In this document: positions 50,431-63,900 of the stretch, in pieces
Position numbering within the stretch: position 1 is the stretch's first letter
Layout: each line of letters starts with the position of its first letter
From: Azolla caroliniana
Taxonomy: Eukaryota > Plantae > Polypodiophyta
Assembly (NCBI GenBank): GCA_043228905.1
Contig: JBHGNT010000010.1
Coordinates: forward strand, 16,182,001 to 16,246,000
Reading direction: 5' to 3'
DNA: 64,000 bases
The notes under the pieces: model-generated
The model's input: the letters and a program-made list of their open reading frames with translations, nothing else
What the model was told of the DNA's origin: nothing
Databases searched by the model: none
Made by a program: the position numbers and the translations under genes

Positions 50431-53400
50431 AGGTTTCTCTAGCTAAACTAGAAAAACGTTTTTAAATTCATTAATATTTTCTAATTTTTACTAAAGTTTG
50501 TACAGTCTCGTTTTCAGAACTGTACAACTTCTAAAAGAATATTTTGTAATTTGAATGGGATCCTTGGACAAGATTCCTACTCAGCATTAAATTGGTATGT
50601 ATGAGGCCATGACTTCGCTGCCCCACCAACATTTAAAGCTCTTCTTCTAAGACCACATTCTATGATGTATCTTGGATAGCACATGTGTGTGTGTGTGCAT
50701 GCACTCCGACCTTGTATATTTTTTAAAATTGTGGGCTTCTGTTTTGCATAACTGCTTCTGCTTTCTTTAATTCCTCCTATGCAAGGATTGATTCCATATG
50801 GCACACAGTTCACCGTCGTATCATCATATTGTATGATATAAGTCTTAAAGTACCGTAAATATAGCATAGATCATATACTTACCGTACTGGACAACACGAG
50901 CTTGGTGTATGCTCACCTAGTTGAAGGCTTTAAGAATCTTTGAGATGTGAACTCCAATAAGACATTTTCGTACATCTCCTCACAAAAAACTGTGCTGGAT
51001 AGTGCAATTCCAAAGATCTTATCTCTGCAAATCAGAGAGCATGAAGAAGTGATAGAGTTGTGACAGGTGCCTCATTGAATAGAAACCTGAAAGGTCCTGT
51101 CCAAGAGAAATGCAGGATTAATTCCAGGATGAAGCCAATGCTGTAGCTGCATGCAAACATTGAGAATGGCATTCTGTTGCCCAATCAATGTCTCAATCCA
51201 CACGTAATAGGCAAAACAAGACGCTCTGCAGTTAGGTCATACATCGAAGTGAAGATGGTGTTATGAATAGTTTCCATCAAGAAGAAGAATGGAATGCTGA
51301 TATCATCCAGTGTTAGATAATTTGCATGTGTAGAGATGATCCCATGAATGTAAATAACTTATTCATTATTTTAGTGGCCATTTGTCGAGTTGGCTCTTGA
51401 ACGTTTGTTTTTGACACCTGAAACAATGTGTGGTTGTTTTGTAGAGATCTCATCTACAAACATTCCTATTAATTAAGATGTCGAAGACCTTTCATACTCT
51501 GTGTGTGATTTGCATCTTTTGTACTGTTGGACTGGCTAAGTTTGACAAATTCTATATTTTCTCATCCAAGATTCAATGACTTGCATCAACAGACATATTG
51601 CTACATGAATGAGGGTTACTGCAACTGAGATTGTCATTCTTAGCACACAGATTTGAATCATTATGCCAAAAAATGTGAAACTTGATAATGGCCAAATATA
51701 TTGTGTGGAAACTTCATTCACACGTGACATTTATAGCTGTTTTTTCCCCAACTCTCTGCATTGGCATTAATACTTTTGTACCCGGTGTTCCCTTCTATCT
51801 CATGAAGAAGAATTATTTGGTGATCTGAAATGGCATCTTTGGCAGTAAATATCCCCACAATATCTCCTTCATTAAGGTACTTCACTCTTCCTCTCAAGCG
51901 ACCACCATTGCCACACCGTTGAAGGGTTATCATCACTGGTTTATTCTTCTTCTTTGAAAGTGGCTTAGTTACATCTTTAGAAATTATCAACATTATGATA
52001 TGAAGAATTCTTGTGTTACCCTAATGGTGAGCTTGTATGAAGAATATCAAGGATGCGGTTGTTCAACTCCTAAAAGTGTTACTAGTATTATGTATATAGA
52101 GAGTTCTCATTATTCTAATGGCAGAGTTTGTATCTTATGCATATGCAGAAGTTGCTAATGCTCTGCATATGGAGAATTCTCAAGTTACCCTAACAGTGAG
52201 CTTGTATATCGAGCCTCAAGGTTGCGGTTTGTCACCTAAAAGTTTTTTGCTACACTTCCAACTCACCAAGTGTTATCTCTAGAATCCACCTAGCCTCCAT
52301 CTTTTCAAACAAATCCCTACAAGATACGACCTTGGTAGTGTGGGTGTGTGTAGCTCTAAAATCCTTCAAACATCTCATATGGAATTAACATAGATATCTC
52401 ACGTAATATACATGTATATATCATGTAAGCATGATTAATTGGAAAGTTACATTAGAAGTTTGTTATGAAACTTTATGCATGATAATATAAGTTTAAAATA
52501 CCATACAAATTCAATTCCAGCACTCGTGAAACCAGACCGCCCGATAGCTTTCGGCATGATCAAAGAGCTTGTCAATTTCATTATGGTTGCCTATTGCAAA
52601 TGTAAGATACAGCACATATTTAGTGAATTCGAAATAACTAGCAGTCTTAACAAAATTAAATTCAAAATACTAAAGCATAATTAATGCAGACAATGTGACA
52701 TTGTTGCAAGTGAATCCTTTCTTGGTAGCAACTTTCTCTATCTGAAGGGATAGTGACTAAAGAAAGAGAAACTTCTAACATGACCGTTCCTCATCTTCAT
52801 GCTCTTGAATACCATATAATGACTGAAGGGTGAGCTACTCTCTTACAACCGTTAATCATTAAAGACCTCATGCTGCTACACGCTCTATAAGCATCAATGT
52901 TTTTCTACAATACGGAATCAGAAATGAAGAGTGTACACAGCAACGAGCCTTTAAAGGGGATGAAAACATCCCATACGATCCATTATGGAATTCTTACATG
53001 TGTATATGCCCACCCATGGATAAGTTACATAAAGATATAGTTAACCTTGAGAACTTGATAGTTTTGCAACATTTTCCACACAGAGGTTAGTTCCGTCTAT
53101 TAGCATCAATATTATACTGACAATGTATAATAATATTCATAAGTAGCATTTATTCATATCTTTGATACTAGTGAAAGACGCTTTATGAAAAATAAAACAA
53201 GGATGTGATCTAACTAACCTCATCCAGCCCTTGATGGACAGCCACAGCACGAATGCAAGTTTTGAAGTCATTGTTTATATCTCTGGCTGTTCCCATCTTC
53301 AGCGTCAAGAGGATCCTTGATCTCTAAGGTCAAGTTGACATTCAAATGCAGCCCATGGAGGATGGAATGCTTCACATGATTGGTAAATCCTTGATAAAAA

Positions 53401-53559
53401 TCTATTTATTATGCTTTGTACCTTAACAACAGTTCGATTTATAAAGGCAAAAATAAGAAATCCATGAGAAGGATCAGATGGCTTTCACTAGTTCAAACTT
53501 TGCAAAATAGCTCGCTGGACAAAAAGAAAAACCTACATGGCAATATCTATTGGTCAAAA

Positions 53560-54000
53560 GAAAATAGAATGATATTGTGCAATGTTACATCATGATATGT
53601 TGTCCGCATTTATGGAATATGATAAATTCATGACACAATCGGATGATAATGTGAAACACTGGATCATGATATGATGTGTGCATATCTGGAATATAATGAC
53701 TTCCAGGCAAGGTATTATCATGCCGGTGCAAATTTGAATCATAGCATGTGGTCTATATGTGCAATATGATGATTCTCGGACAAAATAGGATGATATTAGT
53801 GTTTAATGTTGCGTGGTGAAAGTCATATGTCCATGTGGAACATAATGATCACCAGACAAAATATGGCAATCCTAGAGTGAAATGGTGCATCGCAAGATGA
53901 TGGAATATGATGCTGCATCAGGGTATGATTTACGTATATGAGGAATAGCAATGATTTCCTGACACAGCATGCTGATAGTAGTGTGCAAATGTTGCATCAT
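53560..54000. repeat. Degenerate AT-rich minisatellite
   Basis: Recurring aatatgat/ggatgata/ggaatataatga units. Confidence 0.5.
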
Positions 54001-54410
54001 GCAGAAGGTTAACACTAGTGTAAAATTGTTGCGTGGCATGACATATTTTTGGCGATTCCACGGATCTATACGATGGAATCTGCAAAGTAAAGTTTTGATT
54101 GATTCCCCCAGGACATAGCGATGGATCCATTCAAAGTAATTACAACATTGAATATCACTGGAATGGGGGAAGAGAGAGAGAGAGAGAGTACCTGGTAAGT
54201 CTTGTTGCTTGGCGATGGAAAGAATATAACACTGCAACAAAGAATGATTGATGAGAGAGAGAGAGAGAGAGGGTTGGTGGGATTTAGGTCTTGGGTTGGA
54301 ACCTCAATGGGTTCAGGTTGTGTGGGGAGGTTTAGTTCTTGTGGAGTGTTATTACTAGTTGTAAGTAGTCCATGAACCATGCTCCCCACACATCCATTTT
54401 CTTTCATACC

Positions 54411-54845
54411 TAACAATCGGCAACGGTTCGGTTTGAACCGAACCGAACCGTACTGTTTCCACCGTTAAGCCGCGGTTTCGCGGCTCAGTTTAGGTTCAAG
54501 TTTTTTTAATGGTTCGGTTTGGTTTAATGGTTTTTAAATATTTCAATATTTTTTTAAACAACCTTTTCATTTTTAAGCCTATTTTCACATTTTAGGAAAA
54601 TTCTTTTAATTTTGAAATCATCAAAATTTTAAAATTTTGAATTTTGACCTAAGTTGAAAACCAAAACCGAACCACGAAACCACGGTTTAACAGTTTAATA
54701 GTTTAATAGTTTAACTATTTGGATTTTTACCTAACATTTCGTTTTTAACGGTTTCATGGTTTGGTTCGGTTCAGTTCAAAGTTTCAAAAAAATTTAACCG
54801 CTCGGTTTTGACTCTCGAATCGAACCGAATTGTTGCCGATTGTTA
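54411..54845. mobile_element. hAT-type MITE
   Basis: ~26-bp TIR TAACAATCGGCAAC..., TSD ttcatacc/ttcatgcc, aaccg-rich interior. Confidence 0.88.
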
Positions 54846-55419
54846 TTCATGCCATTAGATTCAAAGAAATTGTTCGTGTTCTTGTTCACGATGCGCCATA
54901 CTATTCCCATGAAGCAATCAGTGTATCTTCAATAAACGAAAAAAATATAGCAATAATCTTCAAGATTGCAATACCATTATTGTCTTGATTAGGTATAGCT
55001 ATAGGTTTTCGTTTGCTAAGTATCCACTGAAAATCTCCCATTTGATGCTTTGATCTGAGGATACACTCAAGATTCCTACATACATATAAGTAGCGAGAGA
55101 GGGTGAATGGGAGATTGAAAAGGGATACAAATGTAATATTTATAGACCATCATACCCTTCGAGTGTGAAAAATGACATAACTTTAATTTAGTCAAATGAA
55201 TGGGAAGTATAAAGGTGAAATTATATACATTTTACAAGGGTTATCCCTCCTTCTATTATACTCCCTAAACAAAAGTCTCTCTCTTTTTATTATAATTAAC
55301 TTACCCTTGGTGGTAAGTTGTTACACTACAAGCACTGCGTGTTGGGTTCGAAACCCAAATTTCTCACATCTCTATAACTTCATAGATATCTATTAATTCA
55401 TTAGATGCTATTGTGGAAT

Positions 55420-55483
55420 GTAAGGGTTAAACCCATGACCTCCTTGTCTCCGTTGGGAAACCTTACCAATTGAGTTACATCCA
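55420..55483 (-). mobile_element. tRNA-like SINE head
   Basis: Reverse strand ggatgtaactcaattggtaagg...ggtcatgggtttaaccc gives A- and B-box-like motifs. Confidence 0.4.
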
Positions 55484-55539
55484 TCTTGGAAACTAAAAGT
55501 TTTTCCCTCTATCTCTCACACACACACATAATCAATGGC

Positions 55540-57400
55540 TCTAAAACAATGACTATGGTTGTGAAGAGCCAAAAAAGAGATAAATCGTGCATTATATACA
55601 ATAATGAGCTTTTTGAACATGTGGAGAGCTTCAAATATCTTGGCCTTGAAGTTCATTCAAATCAAATCATAGATGGGATGAATGTGTTACCCACCACCTA
55701 AAGGCAAGAAAGAGACCATATTATACTTTTGAGAACACATGCAATCATGGAGAAATAGTGTTGGGTCCTCGAGAAATACATTTTCGACACTTTGGTGACA
55801 CTGGTACTTCTCTATGGGGTGGTAGCATCCCTAAATCTTTCGAAAATGCCCAAAAGCTTTTTTTTACAAAGTTTATACGAGTTAAGAAACAAACACCATA
55901 CACCCTCCTCCTACTTGAGATGAGATCACTTCCCTTTGAGATCGTGACCATGGAAAGGGTTATTGAATACATGCTTAAGGTTTTAAAAAATCCCTCACAT
56001 TGACTTCCTCGAATCTCATGGGAAACAAGCAAATGGATTCAAAAGACACATAAAAGCAAATTTTTTTGTTTCGGTTGGATACTATTAATAATTAGGTAAT
56101 TAACTAGGGTTAATTAGGGTCTAATTATGTGAGTATATAAAGCAACGGAAGATTATGTGATTTGTGTGTGTATGTGTGTGAGAGGAAGATACACTTATGA
56201 ACAATAATGTAAATCGGGGATGATTAACAAGAGTGTAGCTAAAGACTTTTCCTCTATATTAATAAGCATCATCAAATACAAAAATACCCACAATGAGGTA
56301 CAAAAATACATCTCATGTGCAAAGGTGCACATGTGTGATTAGAATATAGGTACAAAGGTGTACAAAGGTGTAAATATGAACAATAATGTAAACGGGGGAT
56401 GATTAACAAGAGTGTAGCTAAAGACTTTTCCTCTATATTAATAAGCATAATCAAATACAAAAATACCCACAATGAGGTACAAAAATACATCTCATGTGCA
56501 AAGGTGCACATGTGTGATTAGAATATAGGTACGAAGGTGTAAATATACTCATGAACAATAATGTAAATGGGGGATGATTAACAAGAGTGTAGCTAAAGAC
56601 TTTTCCTCTATATTAATAAGCATCATCAAATACAAAAATACCCACAATGAGGTACAAAAATACATCTCATGTGCAAAGGTGCACATGTGTGATTAGAATA
56701 TAGGTACAAAGGTGTAAGTCCTATATTAAATGGACATGGGAGTGGAGGATCTACAATGTATCCCACTCAAGTACAAAATCCTATTTAAGGCTTTAAGGTC
56801 AACACACTAACTAGATTCTATTTAGGTAACTACTAAGTTATGTGTGTTAACTACTAAATCTACTTGAGCTTGATATCTCAACAAATACAATATGGGAAAA
56901 TGGTTGGATGGATAGGATGCAACACACTTGCTTCATGATGCATCACTAAATTCCTCCATAAACCATACACATCAATACATGTTAGACCTCATCCCCTTGT
57001 TTGCCATCCAAACCATTGCTTACATGCGACATAGCTCACATGCATTGCGAGGTGAGGCGGGGTGTCGGGCACAAGTGATGAGAGTGGTTGACTATGCACA
57101 TTTTTCCAAAAACAAGTTCGAGAGTCAAGTATCACACTTTGATACAATGCTCTCTGCATTTGATCATATTTAACTATGCTTTCCACACATCTTTGACCAA
57201 ACACAATCTTTCCACGAATTTCTCTCACAATCACAATGTGCACTCTTGATTGCAACATTCATTTTGGTAAAGTTATTGAACATCGACATCGAGAGTCGCT
57301 ACTCACTTTCACATGTATTACGTGAAATTTAATATTTTTGGTCTCATTGGTCATATTTAACCTCTGAATACGAGAATAGAATCTATCCATCTATCTATCT
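55540..57400 (+). mobile_element. Decayed LINE family C split by a solo LTR
   Basis: FKYLGL, TPYTLLLLE, RHSSHALRGE; (ATCT)n tail at ~57381-57400. Confidence 0.75.
56083..56883 (-). mobile_element. Solo LTR containing three ~177-bp tandem repeats
   Basis: - strand start tgttgagatatcaagctcaa, TSD gatac/aatac; repeat units at 56197, 56376, 56551. Confidence 0.8.
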
Positions 57401-57909
57401 CTCTTGATCATTATACTAATTATAACTTAAAAGTTTAATCATTGTATGTCAATAGCTTGCATCTTTTGTTATCCTTACTAAAACCGGTAAGGATACTAAA
57501 AGACGTTACATCTTTTGTTGTCTTTACTCTTCGATCCTTGTGGGGTGTAGTTGAAAATAGCACTCAGTTTTTCAATCTCGTCATTTATTATATATATTTT
57601 GTGTTTTTGTTGACCTTAACTTGCCCACTACTAGTCCACGCATTTTCATTAGTTCTTTTGTGCTTGTATTAATATCAACAAATTTTTTTGCTCAACATCT
57701 TTCTTCGTAACTTCTTTTGGGTTAGAGGTGCTTATTTGTTGATGTTTCATACATTTGTTGACTATCCGACAAACTATTGTGGTTTGGAGAGACGAATGAC
57801 AAAGAGGAAGAAGGGATGGATTAGGAAATTATTTGTAAACCAATGTGTCGATTAACGCTAATATAATGTTTCACATTAATCACTTTCCATCTTTACCAAC
57901 TCTTTTTAA

Positions 57910-60900
57910 AATGGACAATGCCACATACTCGTCATTGGATAATGACAATTATAGAGCAAGTTATAAAACAAGGATTTCCAAATGATTGGCTTATGAATTG
58001 GATTAAACTAATATTTAAAGCCGGAGATAAGAATCAAGTATCAAATTATTGTACAATAATGGCGAGCTCAACTATTGCTAAATTATATAGCACTATTATG
58101 GAGCAAAAGGTAAGCACATGGGCTGAAAGTACAAGCAAAAGAGCACTTGGGCAAGCAGGATTTAGACCAAAACACTTCACTGTGGATCATTTGGTCACAT
58201 TGAGAGTAATCATGGAAGAGAGTTGACTACAAGGAAAAGCACTTTATAGTTGTTTTGTTGATTTCAAGAAAGCTTTTGATATCGTACCACAAAGTGAGCT
58301 TTGGAATAGAATGGTAGAGATTGACATGCCATTAGAGTACTGAGTTGTTATTGCACGCCTATATGAACAAGTTAAATGGCAACTAAAAATGGATAGTGGA
58401 ATCTCAAAGCACTTTTTAAGTAACATAGGGGTCAAGGAAGGATGTCCACTATCACCCACACTCTTTGGCTTATGTATTGATTGTTGAGAATCAAGCTCAA
58501 CTTGGTCTAGTGTGTGAACTCACCTTGAGAGTGAATAGACACTCCAACGGTCAAGAGTCACCACTTTGTATTCTAGCATGTAGTATGAGTCATAGAATCA
58601 TATTCTATGACACATAACTTATGAGCTTTCACATTCCCCATGCTCCATGAGTCTTGTAGTTAATGAAGAGAGAGGGTGACTATATAAAGCACCCTCCTCC
58701 CTCTTTGTAAAATGTTGAGTCTTTCTCCTTTGTTAATATACTTAACCTTGCGTATACTCTCTCTCTCTCTCTCTCTCTCATACACACACACACACACAGT
58801 TCACACCTATTCCACTACACAAGGATCATACACGATTCTTTACATGGTATCAGAGCGATTTGATAGCTCGATCTAGCCCATTCGCCTCATCGTGATCGTG
58901 TGTTGTGCTCCACACTAACGACCAAGAACCGGTGCATCGCTACATAGCTCGCATTCGAAGAGAGAAGAAGAAGAAGAAGAAGAAGAAGAAGAAGAATCGA
59001 CATAATGAATACTCAAATGGGGAGCGCTCTCCCTTCTGAGAAGTTGGATCGAAACAACTTCGCATCTTGGGAGTACAATATGCACCAATACCTTGTCGGA
59101 CAAGGCTATTGGAGCTACATCAAAGGAGAGCACGAAGACTGACCCGCCAAAGCGGCTCCCGGATACACGACATGGGAGCAAGCTGCAAGCCGTGTGATGT
59201 ATTTCTTGGCGACATGTGTTCATGATCACATGCTCGGCTACATTCGCGAAGCCAAGACGCCGAAGGAGGTATGGGAAAATCTACGAAAGATTTTCGCGGC
59301 AAACACAACCGCAAGAAGGCTTCAACTCCGCCAAGAGTTGAACAACATTCAACAATGGGACATGTCCATCACGATATACACCTCGAAGATCAAGGAGCTT
59401 TGCGATTCGCTCGGCTCAATAAGCGTAAATATCGATGATGATGAGATGGTTCAAATATGCCTCGGTGGCCTTGCACCACGGTTCGGCGTGATGCGAACCG
59501 CTGTTCTAGCACGGGAGAAATCTCCCTCCTTCTTTGAGCTCCAATCAATGCTATTGGTCGAAGAAAACCACGTGCGTACAAGGAGCAATGAGTCGGAAGG
59601 CCACATGCTCTACACGCACTCGAACGGAGGAAGAGGACGCGGATGGTCGAGAGTCCGATTCGACCAAGGACAAGGCGGACGAGGTCCGACCTACGATAAC
59701 AACTCCCAATTTCGGTCGCAAAACGGAAGCCAACGAGGAACCTTCGCAAGAAGGGAGAGCTTCCACTCCGGCTCGAGCCGTCAAAACGCAACCGAATGCG
59801 GATATTGCGTAAAGCTCGGCCACCACGAAGAAGAGTGCCGAAAGAAGATGCGTGAATCAGCTTCCACAACCTGAAAACTCACGAATTACGTGCACAATTC
59901 CGACTACGAAGAGTATTGCGAAATGTACGGGCACAATTCCGACTACGAGGATCGTGGCGGAATGTACGCATACAACTCCGACCGTGGCGGAATGTTCATG
60001 ATGAAACATAGAGCAAACTCTATGTCGGCCTCTACCTCAACTAGTGCCCTCAATCCGGAGGACATATGGTTTGTTGACTTCGGAGCCTCAAACCATATGA
60101 CATCTCATAAAGAATGGTTTCTCGAACTTTGAGAGCCGGAGCGACCCGGTTATGTCGAAACTAGAGACGACACTACGCACCCGATTCGGCACATCGGCAA
60201 TGTTCCGTTCGGAAAAGAAGGTAAGCAAAATTACATTAAAAATGTCTTGCATGTATCGACCATTACAAAGAATTTGGTCTCTGTCGGCCAAATTGTAGAG
60301 CAAGGGATGCAAGTTCGATTTAATCAAGGCGGTTGCTTCATTGAAAAAGAGGGCCGACTCATCGCACGCGGACGAAGAGAGGGCCGAATGTTCATTCTCG
60401 ACTCACACGAGATGAAATCAGCCATGTTCGCAAAGGGCATGAAAGCCGTCTCCGACATAGAGCTATGGCATAAGTGAATCGGTCACATCAATCCCAACAA
60501 ACTCAAAGCAATGAAATCGAAAGGAGTCGTCATCGGACCCTCGACATTCAAAGAGAAGGAGATTGAAGGTGTATGCGAAGCATGCCAATTCAGCAAGCAA
60601 CACCGACACCCATTCCCGAAAGAGCAGAACACGAGCAAAGGTCTACTCAACGTAGTCATTCCGACGTATGGGGACTGGCACAGACGGCTACATTCGGCGG
60701 ATGCCGATATTATGTGCTCTTCATCGTCGACTTTTCTAGGCACACTTGGATCTATCCGATGCGGCAAAAGAGCGAAGTGTTCGGACACTTCCAAAAATTC
60801 AAGAATGAAGTCGAGAAAGCCACGGGCCGACATGTACGATGTCTCCGATAAGATGGCAGCAAGGAGTACTTCTCGGACGATTTCACGGCGTATCTCCGAA

Positions 60901-63900
60901 AGGAAGGAATTCGGCGAGAATTCACTTGCCGACACACTTTGCAACAAAACAGAGTAGCCGAGTGCAAAAATCGGCACATCCTCGAAGTAGCGCGGGCCAT
61001 GATGAACGAGAAGCATATGCCCAAGTCATATTGGGCCGAAGCTGCAAATACGGCCGTCTACCTAATGAACCGGTGCACAACATCCGGCATGCACGAGGTC
61101 ACTCCGCACGAAAAATACTTCGGAAAGAAGCCGGACTTATCGCACACTCGGATATTCGGCGCAATAGCGTATGTGCACATCCCCGATGAGAAGCGTCAAA
61201 AGCTTGACTCGAAGTCGGAGAAATGTATCCTCGTAGGATACTCATTGGAGCAAAAGGGGTACAAGTGCTACAACCCCTCAACTCGAAAATCTTGAGTAAG
61301 TCGAGACGTCGCTTTCGACGAGTCTGCATCCTGGTACGCACTAGAGACAACTCCGCTCAACCCGGAATCCGCCGAACAAGAGATAATGGATGAAGATCGC
61401 CTTACACGCATGTTCGAAGAAAGTCCGATCATGACCCGACTGAGCGGACCACAAGAGCCTTTGAGCGATCAAAGCACATCACGGCCTAGCCCGAAGATGG
61501 ACAAAGGCAAGGCGAAAATGGCGGAATACGCAGACGATCACTTCAACGACGATGAGTTGACTCACTCACTCAACAGTGAGTTTGGCGGTTTTGAGGTACC
61601 AATCGGAGCTAAGAAAGCCCTCATCTCTGCAAATGAAAAGCTTCGCCGATCCACTCGTGAAAACAACCCTGTAAGCCGATTCGGCTACAACGATTATATG
61701 GCGTACCATTACGCCTTTATGATGAAGGTAGTGATAGTACGGGAGCCGGAAACCTTTTCCGAAGCTGCGAAGGACCCGCAATGGATCGAAGCAATGAACG
61801 AGGAGATGCAGGCACTACGGAAGAACGAGACGTGAGATCTCGTTCCCACCTCACCACACAAAAAGGCGATCGGATGCAGATGGATTTACAAAGTGAAGTA
61901 CAACGTCGACGGTTCCATCAACCGCTACAAAGCGCGACTCGTAGCGAAAGGCTACGCACAAATGCATGGAGTTGACTATGAAGAGACCTTTGCCCTGGTG
62001 GCAAAGATGACGACGGTACGAACTATAATTGCGCTTGCCGCAGCGAAATGGTGGCACCTCCATCAAATGGACGTCAAGAACGCCTTTCTACAAGGCGAAT
62101 TAGAAGAGGAGGTGTACATGATCCAACCACCCGGCTTCAACTCGAGCACCCATCCGAAAGCTGTATGCCGACTCAAGAAGCCTCTCTACGGCCTCAAGCA
62201 AGCACCGTGTGCTTGGCATTCGAAGATAACGCAATACCTTCATCAAATCGGCTTTCGTATGTCAAAATCGGACAACTCCCTCTACATACGAAGCGATTCC
62301 ACCAGTCCGATCGTCATCATCTTATATGTGGATGACCTAGTCATTGGAGGCGAGCATCTCGTCGAAATCAATAAGGTCAAATCCCTCCTTTCCGACAAGT
62401 TCGAAATGACGGACATGAAGGAGCTCCACTACTTCCTTGGCATCGAGGTAATTCGGACTCCGGCCGGAATCATGATCTCTCAACAACACTACATCCTCAA
62501 CTTGTTATACAAGTTCGGAATGGCTGAGTGCAAATCTGCAGCAACCCCGCTCGATCGCAATCTCAAACTAGATGTGAACTCCGGCACCAAAGTGTGTGAG
62601 CCGACTCAGTATCGGCAACTCATCAAGAGTCTCATCTACCTCACGATCACTCGACCCAATCTCAGTTATCCGGTCGGTCTCTTTAGCCAATTCATGCAAA
62701 CACCGCGTGATACTCACTTGGATTGCGTTAAGCGAGTTCTACGATACGTGAGCGGCACAATGGATTGCGGCATCCTCTACAAAACCGCGATGCCAATACG
62801 ACTCGAGGGGTACACAGACGCCGATTGGGCCGGCTACAAAGCTGATAGAAGATCAACCTCCGGATTTGTTTTTCTCCCTCAACAGTGGAGCAATATCTTG
62901 GAGCAGCAAAAAGCAACCAATCGTCGCTCTTTCAAGCATAGAGGCGGAATATAGGTGCACGGTAGTGGCCGCATGTGAAGCCGTATGGCTCAAAAGGATA
63001 CTCAAGGATCTGGGCGTACCCATCAAGGATCTGACTTCCCTTTACTGTGACAACATGAGCAATATCTATCTGGCTCGGAACCCGGTGTTCCACACGCGGA
63101 TAAAGCACATCAAAGTCCACTATCACTTCATTCGAGAGCGCACTCTAGCTAGCGATGTCGACCTACAACACATTAGCGCCAATCTTCAAATGACCGACAT
63201 ATTCACTAAAGCCTTAGGAGCGAATAAGCTATGGCAATTCATGATCGATCTTGGATTGACGATCCCTGACCTGCCAAGCTTGAGGGGGAGTATTGAAGAC
63301 ACTACACAATAACGCATAGATTCCGTAATCGCGCACTATGCAATAACGCGTGGATTCCACAACCACGCAACGAAGCCGTGAAGAAAGACGCAAGCCGAAG
63401 CACAAACTTCGCAACTACACACAACGCAAGCTGGAGCACGGATTCTGCAACTCCGCATAAAGCGAGTCGACGCGGACTCCGGAATGTGAGTCGAAGCGGA
63501 TTTCAGATACCATCTGAAACCGACCCGACTTGAGCTTGAGGGGACGTGTTGAGAATCAAGCTCAACTTGGTCTAGTGTGTGAACTCACCTTGAGAGTGAA
63601 TAGACACTCCAACGGTCAAGAGTCACCATTAAGTCACCACTTTGTATTCTAGCATTTAGTATGAATCATAGAATCATATTCTATGACATATAACTTATGA
63701 GCTTTCACATTCCCTATGCTCCATGAGTCTTGTAGTTAATGAAGAGAGAGGGTGACTATATAAAGCACCCTCCTCCCTCTTTGTAAAATGTTGAGTCTTT
63801 CTCCTTTGTTAATATACTTAACCTTGCGTATACTCTCTCTCTCTCTCATACACACACATACAGTTCACACCTATTCCGCTACACAAGGATCATACACGAT

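Larger units (their letters stand above)
36980..53296 (-). pseudogene. SYP81: SYP81/syntaxin-18-like Qa-SNARE pseudogene
   Basis: Exons: 53296-53219 (MGTARDINNDFKTCIRAVAVHQGLDE), ~39402-39331 (weak), ~38889-38836 (NEQDRDSIEHE), 38563-38413 (frameshift; KERVEILKNTI..NADLVAHEHGV), 37887-37659 (LILSERLHSVTAYFDGLRAVRFQ, TGA 37789, QLDDEIHALQ), 37548-37428 (VELTNLLD..ALNHL..THVLQQAQQIE, frameshift), 37120-36980 (ATENVDKGNKE, TGA 37061, TM tail LFLHWYN*). Confidence 0.88.

Noticed and set aside
56197-56715. CRISPR-like array
   Set aside because: Contiguous tandem units without unique spacers, in a eukaryotic LTR
59390-59869. Antisense ORFs over copia gag and similar overlapping short ORFs
   Set aside because: Shadow ORFs of GC-richer TE coding sequence with no independent motifs
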